From assembly GCA_964016885.1 (NCBI GenBank), contig OZ024740.1:213342001-213406000 (forward strand): a DNA stretch of 64,000 nucleotides. The letters run 5' to 3'. Position numbers and translations under genes: made by a program. Positions 50,401 through 62,400 of this stretch are shown piece by piece (the stretch's first letter is position 1; each line of letters starts with the position of its first letter). The notes beneath the pieces were generated by a model that was given only the letters and a program-made list of their open reading frames with translations, was not told the origin of the DNA and ran no database searches. Origin of the DNA: Eledone cirrhosa (Eukaryota).

Positions 50401-53400
50401 GCTTCAGTACTGACTTGGGCTTGCTAGCAGAGAAAGCGGACGTTAATCCTTTAGCATTTAAACCAGCCATATCCGGCTAGAATTTCTCACCTCTTTCTGT
50501 TCAACCTGGTTGTAATCGGCCACTCATACTGATGTTAAGGTATTGTTCTCAAAATAAATAATATCATCAAAACCTCTTAGATTCAATGTTATGTAAGATA
50601 AAGCCTTTACTGTGAAAATACAATAGTATATATAGAGAAATGTAAATGCTATGTGATATATGTGAGATAAAGTCTTTACCATGAAAAAACAATAGTATAT
50701 ATGGAGGAATGTAAATGCTATGTGATATATGTGAAATAAAGTCTTTACCATGAAAATACAATAGTTATATAGAGGAATGTAAATGCTAAAGGGTTAAAAC
50801 AATGATGATGATTATGATGATCCATTCTTATGTTTGTGAGATTCAGAATAAATTGAAAAGTAAGAACTTGAAGAACTTCTATTCCAGCTGTAAACAGTAG
50901 AAAATGTATTTTATTGTTTTATTTCAGAGCTTTATTACGTCCTGGAAGGTTTGATGTTGAAGTAAGAGTATTTCCACCAGACTTAAAAGGACGGAAAGAT
51001 ATCTTGAGATACTACATGTGCAAAATTAAAATGGAAAATGGTAAATATGATATATATATATATATTTATTTGTGTATGCGTGTGGTGAATATGTTATTGT
51101 AGGCCCCCTTAGGTCACTAATGACCATGGTTTTGTACCTAGGAAGTTCCCCTCCAAGGCATGGTGTGTTTTTGGAAGATCAGCAGTCACTCATGCATACC
51201 AGTCTCACTCTCCATGTCACTGATGTCCAAGGGAAAGCAATGGCTGATACAGCTTGGCACCAGTGATGCTGCAATTCATTTTTACAGCTGAGTTAACTGG
51301 AGCAATGTGAAATAAAGTGTCTTGCTCAAGAGACAACACACTGCCTAGTCCAGGATTCGAATTCACAAACTTATGCCTTCTCAATATGTTTTATATATAT
51401 AGGAGAAAGTAGTTTGCTTGAAGCATTGTGTATGGTATAGAAAAATGTGAAGTTTGAAGGCCACAGCAATGTGAAATGAACAAACAAGAAATAAAAAAAT
51501 ATTATTCCCCCTTCCCCCTCTCCTATGTCTATCACTTCCAGCAGCATCTCTTAACACATTTACCGATTCATGACCTGTCACTTGTTATATTTCTCCGAAG
51601 AAGAGATTTTATCTCGAAATATCAGGAGAGATAAATTAATAAGGTAACACATAACATCTTATTTTATCTTTTTTTCTTGTTCGTCCATTTCACATTGTCA
51701 TGGCCTTCAAACTTCACATTTAGTTGTGTGTATGTCTTTATTGAATGAATGTATACTGAGTTTATATATATTTATGCCAACAATTGTTTGCCATTAGCTA
51801 TAAAAATAATTTGAACAACTATTATATAAGTCTTTATAGGAGACACTTAAATCTCTTTACAAACTCAATCATTGTCTTCAACTACTGTATATACTTGAAT
51901 ATAAGCTGAGGAATATGTGGCCAAAAATCAATAGTAAAATTGGGGTTGGCTTATACTCTATGTACTATTGTTCAATATTGAAATAGCAAAGTGATATTAA
52001 TACAATCTTTACAATATCAAATAATTATATAAGGTTTGCTAGCTTGGTATCAATCAGTTTTTTTTTACTAATGTGATTTCTTGTCTCCATTAAATAAATA
52101 ATAACCAATACTTTTTATTTATGATTTAGATCTTGATGTTGATCTTCTGGCTAAAGGAACCACAGGTTTTACTGGTAAGTAAATCAATATAGAACTGAAA
52201 GATTTTGTTGCTTTTACAGTATTCATAAAAGGTTGAGAGTCTGTGGAGTTTTGTGTAATTCTCAGTAACCATTTCTCTTGCTTGAAGAACTTGCTTAACC
52301 CTTTAGCATTTAAACTGGCTGTATCCAGCCAGAATTCTCTCACCTCTTTCTGTTCAAACTGGCTGTAACTGGCCACTCATACGATGTTAAGGTATTGTTC
52401 TCAAAATAAATAACGTCAAAATCTCATAGATTTGATATTATGTGAGATAAAGCCTTTACCATGAAAATGCAATAGTAGATATAGAATAATGTAAATGCTG
52501 AAGGGTTAAAGACTGTAGTTCTTACAAAGAGGTGTGACGACGCGGCTTGTTTGGCTAAATATTGACATTTGTCTGGTTGGACACTATTGATTATCTCTGT
52601 AATTTTCGACCTCTTTTTCATCTATGACAAACCTTTTTAGAAGTTTTATCATATAAAAAAAACCTGTATTAAAATTATGTTGAAACCAGAATGGGCACAT
52701 GCATTGTGCTTTGTTACAAAGAACTACATATCCAATAATGTGGTGCATTTAAATCAATCTCAAGTTTTCTAAATATTTTTACATTTTCCAACTCGCCTCA
52801 AAAAATTGTGGCACCTTCGTGAACTATATGGCACAGTGCTTGCAAACAACTGGATTAATAGAATAAAACTGGGGGAAATGAGATCTTTTCTTGTTAAAAT
52901 TACTGTTACTTCTAGGTTTAAACTACTACTTTACTGCATGTACTAGGTGCATTTTTGTGTAAATGTTCTTGACACAACTGAAGGGTCCCCCAACCCTTTC
53001 ATTATCATCATCATCATCACTGTTTGACGTCCATTTTTCCACACTAGCATGGATTAGACGAGTTCTGTTGTGAGACAAGCCAGACCAGATGACCATGTCT
53101 TGTTCATACAGATCTGTCTCTGGCTTGGTTTCTACCGCCGGATGCCCTTCCTAGCGCCAACCACATTTACAGTGTGGACTGGATGCTTTTTATCGTAGTA
53201 CCAAAATGACCACTTTACAGTGTGTGCTGGATGCTTTTTGTCATGGCACCAAAACAACCACTTTTTGTACTATATATTATGGAACACTACCTGATTGTAG
53301 TTGAACTTTTGTCATATATTTTGTTTTCAACAATCTATTTAGTGTTATTGGTCAAATTGGAGTTTATAATTTTAGCAGGGATTTATATCTGATTTATTTT

Positions 53401-56400
53401 GGGTTATCTAGTTTCAAGCAGGTTTCCACCAAAATACTGGTTTCAGCTGTGATAAAGGACCCTAAAGCTTCAGCTGTGTTAATTTCATAATAGAACCACC
53501 ACTGCTAATATGACTTATAAAGTTAAACATTTATTCTCAATAAATATCTCTATATTGCTATCATAAGTTACTGTTATATATTCATAGGTGCTGATTTAGA
53601 AAATCTAGTTAACCAAGCTGCATTGAAAGCTGCTATGGATGGAGCACCAACTGTCAGTATGGAACATATGGAATATGCACGTGACAAAGTACTCATGGGT
53701 AAGCATCTATTTACATGATAGTGTGTGTGTGATTGTTTGGCAATGACCTGTAATGGTGACACCTCTGAAAACTGCAAAAGATGGAAACATAAATAGACCT
53801 GTTATTTTTCTCTAAAAAATGTTTTTCTGTTTCCACCACTACCCATCTCCTCAATCTTTCTATTTCTTCTTTAATTTCTCATTCTATCTTCTGCTGAAAG
53901 ACTAGCGTCCGAAACGTTAAGACTCTTCTACTATATCAAGCGTAAAACTAATAATATATTTCTTCATTGTACTGTGATGTTTGCTTTGTTATTTCTGTTT
54001 GCCTTTTACATATATATATATATATATGTATGTGTGTACACATATATATCATCATTATCATCACAACAAATTTCTTCTATTTTAAGGTCCAGCTAAGAAG
54101 ACTCGTATCTCAGATGAAGACGTAAACTGGTTAACAGCTTACCATGAAGCTGGTCATACAATTGTTGCATATTTCACTTCAGACGCTACACCATTGCACA
54201 AAGTCACTATAATTCCTCGCGGTATGTCTTTGGGACATGTAAGTGATTTCTTTCTTTTCTTTTCCTACCCAAAATCTTTTAAAACATTTCATTATAGCTG
54301 TTATCTTTCTGTTGTTTAGTCACGTGACCACCCATCTTTTTTTTATAGGTATAGTATAACTAGGAGCAGCTCACTGAAAACATGCCTATAAAAATAGTCT
54401 TCTTCTTGCTCAATGAGACTGGGGGGGATCATCCTAGGTCAGTGATCCCAGAGGCATCATCTTGTTTGATGAGACTGAGGTTATCTTAGGTCAGTGACCC
54501 CAGAGGCATCATCATGCCTTAATTTGTGACTTAATTTGCAAGGATGAAATGTAAAGTTCACATATCACCACAGTGAACTTTGCTTTTTATCACTTCCAGG
54601 GTTGATAAAATAAACACCAATCCAGTACTTGGGGTTGCTATAATCCTTGCTTGCTCACTCTAGGTCGATGAGACTGGGGTCATCCTAGGTCTGTGATCTC
54701 AGAAGCATCATCATGCATAGAGCCTCTCTGCTTCCTCCAAGGTAATGTCAAGTCTTTGGAGATATTTCTTGATGATATCCAGCCATCTCGTGCGGGGCCT
54801 GCCACAGAAGCACTTTCAGCCTCTAGCTGCTGCGTCAAAAGAGAGAAAGGCCCTGGTAGGATGATCTGGTGGTAGGCGGAAGACATGTCCGTACCAGCAC
54901 ATGCGGTGGATGGCCATACGTGGGCGGCTGCGGGCAGATGTGTGCACACATGCAGCTCTTTGTTACAAAAAGGGTGGTGAGATTTATTCAGTTGACATGT
55001 GCAAGAAAGGTGTTAAAGATATTCTTTCAATCCTTGTTGGGGTGAAGGATTGGATGAAGTGTTTAGCCTGGGACCTAGAAGGTCAAGTAACTGTAATGAG
55101 ACATATATCAGGTGAACCTGGTTGGAGGAATTATGTGATTACCAAGTTCAGAGGAGCAGATATTGATGTAATAAAGGTACAAGAACTCATATCATATTTC
55201 ACTCAACTCATTTTTCTCTTAGGTCCATAAAATAAAGCACCAGTAATGCATTGGGGTTGATTTAATTGACTTTCCTCTCCCACAAAATGATTGGCCATGT
55301 ACCTAAATCAGAAACTACCACACTTTTAACGTTAGTACTGTATAATCAGTGTTTTTTTGTAGAGTGAACCTGAAGTTGTTTTAGACATTAAATCTGAGAT
55401 ATAAACGTAGAAGTAATAAATAATTTCCATTTTTATCTTCATTTACAGACATCATATATTGCTGAGAAAGAAATCTTTAATAAAACAAAAGCTCAGTTAT
55501 TAGCGGAAATTGATGTTTGTATGGGTGGTCGTGTTGCTGAAGAAGTTATCTATGGTGGTGAGAAAGTTACAACAGGTAAATACTGCACTGGCATCATTTT
55601 GGCTTCAAAGTTCTATATTTTCCATATCTACTTTATTTGTCCATTAGTATATGAAGTGGTGAAGAGTACAAAACATTAGTATATGAAGTGGTGAAGAGTA
55701 CAAAACATTAGTATATGAAGTGGTGAAGAGTACAAAACATTAGTATATGAAGTGGTGAAGAGTACAAAACATTGGTACATGAAGTGGTGAAGGGTACAAA
55801 ACATTGGTACATGAAGTGGTGAAGGGTACAAAACATTAGTATATGAAGTGGTGAAGAGTACAAAACATTAGTATATGAAGTGGTGAAGAGTACAAAACAT
55901 CGATACATGAAGTGGTGAAGAGTACAAAACATTGGTACATTTATAATTTTTGGCAAGGTTATTTTTTTTGCCCTTCCTATCACCAACCACTTTACTGTGT
56001 GGATTGGGTGTATTTTATCATGTCACCTACACTAGAGAGGTTTTCTAACAAGTCTTACTATATATAAGCTATGAAATATGGTAAAATGGGGGGAGGGGGC
56101 TACTGCTTATATTTGAGGTCAATATTTTGCTGATTTTCATCAACTTCAAAATTCTATGTAAATGATGTTCTAAAATATTTTCACTTTGGAGGTGAATATT
56201 ACATCTGTTTCACCTTTGGAGGTGAATATTACATCTGTTTCACCTTTGGAGGTAAACATTACATCTGTTTCACTTTGGAGGTGAATATTACATCTGTTTC
56301 ACCTTTGGAGGTGAATATTACATCTGTTTCACCTTTGGAGGTAAACATTACATCTGTTTCACTTTGAAGGTGAATATTACATCTGTTTCACCTTTGGAGG

Positions 56401-59400
56401 TGAATATTACATCTGTTTCACCTTTGGAGGTGAATATTACATCTGTTTCACCTTTGGAGGTGAATATTACATCTGTTTCACCTTTGGAGGTGAATATTAC
56501 ACCTGTTTCACTTTGGAGGTGAATATTACACCTGTTTCACTTTGGAAGTGAATATTATACCTGTTTCACTTTGGAGGTAAACATTACACCTGTTTCACTT
56601 TGGAAGTGAATATTACACCAGTTTCACTTTGGAGGTGAATATTATACCTGTTTTACTTTCAAGGTGAATATTACACCAGTTTCACTTTGGAGGTGAATAT
56701 TACACCAGTTTTACTTTCGATATGACATTCATACTTCCGATTGCTTTTGGTATATATATTTTGAATGAATATGGTCGGAAATTGGTAAAAAACTCATTAC
56801 ATATAATTGTGTTGTGAAACACTTAAAGCATTTTAAATATCAAAATATTAAAACTTCATTAATATATTCTCCACTCAAGATAATTTTAAAACTGTGTATC
56901 AGCAAAACATGGTCATCTGACCTGGCATTGCTTACAACAGGACAACTCATCTAACCCATGTTAACATGGAAAAATGGACGTTAAACGGTGATGATGATCT
57001 AAACATTTTGATTATCTACCTCAGTTTATAAATGGGGTTTGGATTTTTACATATTTCTCAGCCATAAAATAGGAGGTCAGCTTATATTTGAGTATATATA
57101 GTATGTGTCCTCTCTACCTGCCTTATGTCAGTTTTTATTCAGAGTAACTGCTTTCTTAGATGGGTTGCCATTGATGACTTACGGAGCCCACATCTACCCT
57201 GTGAAGTCTTATTTATTGAGAGTGACGTTTCTCTGAGACAGGTTGCCTTCCCCATGGTTTACAGAACACACATCTTTATTATATTTTTATACTCAATATC
57301 ATCATCATCACCACCATTTAACGTTTATTTTTCCATTCTTGAATGGGTTAGATGGGGTGTCCATGTTATGATACAAGTCTGGCCAGTTGGCCGCGCCATA
57401 CCATGCTCAAACAGAACTGTATTTTGGGAATTGGGTGGTCCTGTTATGAAGGAGATCTGGCCAGTTGGTGCCACTGTACCTTGCATATAGCAGGACTGTG
57501 TTTTGGCTGGAATTTTTACAGTTGCTGGATGCTCTTCTTAACACCATCCACATTTACAGTGTGGGGCTGAGTGGTCCCTCTTTATGAGGCAAGTCTGGCC
57601 AATGGGCCACACTGTACCTTGCTCATGTGGAACCACATTTAGGCTGGGTTTTTCCTAACACCAACCACGTTTACAGTGTGGGGCTAGGTGCCACTGTTAT
57701 GAGACAGGTCTGGCTGTTAAATGTTAATTATATGATGCAATTTAATTAACTGATGTTTCCATCAATTTCAAGGTGCTGGGTCAGATTTTCAACAGGCTAC
57801 AGCTATTGCAGAAGCTATGGTGAAAAAATTTGGAATGTCTGAAAAGGTATAGCTTATTTTTAATTCACATATATATTATTTCATATGCAACTTGCAGTGT
57901 GGATGAAGAGTGTTGGAATGAACTCCAGTAAATATACAATGTGCATTGGGTGGTGGGTATATTGAAAATGTTGTACAAAGGGATTATTAAATAATGTAGT
58001 TATAGTTAAGTGTAATATTATTAAGTAAGATTATTAAATAATGTGGTAGTTATAGTTAAGTGTAAGATGTGTATGGAGGAAGCTACATATGAAAAGGATG
58101 TTGAGAATGGTTTGTAAATGGATGGTGTTATAACACTTTTGTTACCTAGGAGACATATTGAATGGAGAAGGTGGATGAGACTTGATGACAGTAGCTAGAA
58201 TGTGATGTGCATGGAAGAAGTTCTGGAAACTGAGTGTGCTAATGAGAAAGGGAGTGTTGCTGAACCTGAAGGGGAAGATGTATGCCGTATGTGTGAGAAA
58301 TGCTTTGATTTATGAGATTGAGGCCTGAATGATGAATGGAGAGCAGCAGAGAATGATCCAGTTGATGTGTAGAGTATCACAGAGAGAAGACAATGAATTG
58401 CAGATGATGGAAATATAGAGTGCATAGCTCGGAGATCAGAGAGTCACTTCAGGTTGAGTTGTTACTTCTCCTGAAGGGCTTTTGGTGTAATGTTACTTGA
58501 TAAAGTATGTAGCTCAGAGATCAGAGAGTCGCTTCAGGTAGAGCCACTACTTCTTTGAATGAGAGATAACAGCTCTGATACTATGGGCATGTAGTTAGAA
58601 TGTCTCAGGAAAGAATTGCTGGACAGATTTTACATGCAAAACTAACTGGCAGGAGACCCAGGGGTAGACTCTGAGCAAGATGGTTGGATAACATCCATGA
58701 GTTTGGCTGGTCTCACTTGGGTATCCAGCTGGATTAGTTGGTGATGTTGCTTCTGACAGGACTGGCTAGAAGAAGTGTTTGAGGACTCTGCCCGTTTGAG
58801 GACTCTGCCCGTTTGAGGACTCTGCCCGTTTGAGGACTCTGCCCCCACAACCCTCTCAAGAATATGTGGGCGAAGAAGAAGAAGGGAATATAGCCAATAA
58901 TGAATATTGTGAAGAGAAAGGGAATGAGATGGGTCATGTGTTGAGGAAGGATGAAAGTGACTGGGTGAAATGGAAATTAATGTGAAAGAAAGTAGAGGAA
59001 GAGGTTGGAAGATGCAGATGATAGGTTAAAATTGAGAAACTAGTCATAGTATCCACAAGGCTAACCCCTACTTTGGCAGAGAAAATGGCCTTGAAATATT
59101 GTTAGATTTGGAGAGGGTCATGTTGTCCTAATATTGCCAAAAATAATGAAATACACTCACTGATTGGTTTGGTTTTCGCTTCAGTATATTTTTATATTTC
59201 TATGAATAATTTAGCTGACAATCAATGTTTATCATTGATTGACCAACAGTTAAAAATATAAATATAAATTCTCAATGTTCTTTCATCACACATTTCTGTG
59301 ACATCTTCAGTGATTATTACTGGGGTTTCCTCCCATTGAAACAAGCCTTAAAATATCTGTGTGTCTGTCTCTTCATTTTCTTCCATATTTGATCTCACAA

Positions 59401-62400
59401 ATCCAGGCAATGATATTTGTTTAAATCTTACACCAATAGAAGCTCAACACTTATATGTGTGCAGTTTTATGTCTTACTTTAAAATAAAACGCAAGGGTTC
59501 ACGTCAGAAGAGCTTCAAAACGTCTTGTCCAACCCATGCCAGCATGAAAAAGTGGGCATAGAGCTGATAATGATGATGATGATGATATATGTGTACCCCA
59601 GCATAGCTGCAGTCTGATGATTGAGACCAGTAAAAGACTATCTATAGAGAGAGTGAGGCAGAAATAGATAGATATGTAGATATCTGACAGCTTATACACA
59701 AATTTCATTTAAGTCTGTGATCAACCCAAGGTTACAGGAAAAGGCAGTTGCCTGTGTACCATGTGATGAAATCAAACTTGGAGACACATGATTGCATGGC
59801 AAACTTCTTAACTACACTCATGCCTGTGCCCATATAACTATACAAATGTTTAAAGTACTGTGTTTGCTTTACATATATGTGTATGGAAAATGGACGTTAA
59901 ACAATGATGATGTAGAAGCACTCTGTTTATTATGTAAATCACTCTGGCCACTCTATAGCACATCGAACCTCTTTGAAGTGAGTTGATATTCATTCTTTTC
60001 ATGTTTAACCCTTTAATGTTCAAACCGGCCAGAATTCTCTACCTTTTTCTGTTGAAACTGGCTGTAACTGGTCACTCAAACTGATGTTAAGGTATTGTTC
60101 TCAAAATAAATACTTTCAAAATCTCATAGATTCGATATTATGTGAGGTAAAGCCTTTACCATGAAAATATAATAGTATATATAGAGTAATGTGAATGCTA
60201 AAGGGTTAAAATATATTTGGAATTATGTCTTTAATACTATGTAATTGTACACAATGTAAATGTGGTTGGCATTAGGAAGGGCATCCAGATGTAGAAACCG
60301 AGAAACAGTTCTGTATGGGCAAGACATGGTCACCTGACCTGGCATTGCTCACAAGAGGACAACTTGTCTAACCCATGCTAGCCTGGAAAGGTGGATGTTA
60401 AACAGTGATGATGATGTATATTCTGTTAATTTCAGATTGGTGTTTGTGTTTTTGATGATGATGTATATTCTGTTAATTACAGATTGGTGTTCGTGTTTTT
60501 GATAATAATGATGATGATGTATATTCTGTTAATTACAGATTGGTGTTCGTGTTTTTGATGATAATGATCCCTTTGACAGTGGCCTTTCTATGTTGAAAGT
60601 CAATGAATTAAGTCCTGCTATACAAGAACAGCTTGATACCGAAATTAAACGTATTTTGCAGGTGAGTATGACATAATTCAGCAATTGAACTATGGCACAG
60701 GAATTAACTTTCAGTCTTTGTTTTCTATTTTGTTTGAAACTATTGTTGTGTTCAATAGAACAATACTTTAACTCTTAACATCCTGTAACTTGTCTAACAC
60801 ATGGTGGCATAGAAATTGGACATTAAATAGTGATTATGATGATGGTTCACATAGAAAAGTTAACACACACATATTATATTATATATATATATATATATAT
60901 CATCATTGTTTTACGTCCACTTTTCCAAGATTGCATGGGTTTAACAGATCTTTTCCATGCATCCATCCCTCCGCTCATTGTGGTCCTTCATCATTGCTTC
61001 AGTAATTTGAGATTAGCTCTCATAACCTCTGCTCAGGCCTCTACTGCAGCTGCCTTCCATTGGAATTTCTTGATACTTCTTCACCCCCAAATCATTATCC
61101 ATATGCATTACATGTCCATACCAGCACAGTCTTCTCTCCTGTACACTACATCTGATTCCTCTTATAACCTTTCTTTCACCTCATCCATGCTTCATTAACA
61201 TTGCATATCCATTGCAGTATGCTCACTTCATTTCTCTCCAGCCTTTGCTTCTCCTCTACATTCATTGCCCATGTCTCACTAACATCCATCATCACAAACA
61301 GACATCTTACAGCCAGCCTTTCATTTGTAAAGAGAAACATTTTGTTATCAGCAGAGCTAATAGATCCCTAAACTTCTATCCTCTTCTTATTCTAGCTACT
61401 ATGCTCTCAGAGTAACCTCCTCCACTACTAATTGGATCATTTAGGTAGCAGAGGCTATCAACCACTTCAAAGGAGTCTTCCTATCATTTATTTAAAGTTC
61501 ATTTTCCCTGTTAGCAAGAGTTGGATATATACATCCACAAACATGATTCCCTGATTCCGTCAGGGAAATGGCCATGTTCGATATGCAGAAAAGGAACTGG
61601 CATAAATTCTATAAGATGCACACAATGTAGGTCCTGGGTAGCAGGCAAACTAACAGGTAGGGAGAAATATGTATGCAGTAGATGTACAGGGAAATTAGAC
61701 AGTAGAAGTCGCACTGATAGACACATTTTTCAAATGCGAGAGGGCGCTATAGAAGTGGTGGATAGCTTCCGGTACCTAGGAGATCAGATTAGCATGGGAG
61801 GAGGGTGTTCCGAGGCCATAGTATCTAGAATAAGGACGGGTTGGAAGAAGTTTAGGGAGCTGCTTCCTCTGTTGACGAAGAAGGGTTTCTCCCTGCGTAC
61901 GAAAGGCCGGTTGTATGATGCCTGTGTGAGGAGCGCGATGCTGCATGGTAGTGAGACATGGGCAGCTACCGCAGAAGATATGCGACGGCTGGAGAGAAAT
62001 GAGGCAAGCATGCTCCGTTGGATGTGCAGTGTAAATGTGCGTGAACGACCCAGCATAAATGTGTTGAGAGAGAAACTGTGTCTGAGAGGGATAGAATGTA
62101 GTGTACGGGAGAGGAGACTGAGGTGGTATGGACATGTGATGCGCATGGAGGATGACCGATGGGTGAAGAAGTGCCAGGAAATGCCAGTTGAAGGAAGACG
62201 TGGTAGAGGTAGACCACGAAAAACATGGGCGGAGGTGGTGAGAACAGACCTCAGATCATTGAAGCTCACGGTGGAGATGACGAGGGACCGTGACGAGTGG
62301 AGAGATGCTGTGCTGAATAAGACCCGTCCCACCCTTGCAAGCAGGGAAAAGCGGATGTAAAATGATGATGATGATGATGATGAAACACACACATATACCC

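Noticed and set aside
44535-56720. CRISPR-like look of the 30-40 bp arrays (44.5, 45.6, 55.6, 56.2 kb)
   Set aside because: Head-to-tail units with no unique spacers, no cas genes, eukaryotic intron context
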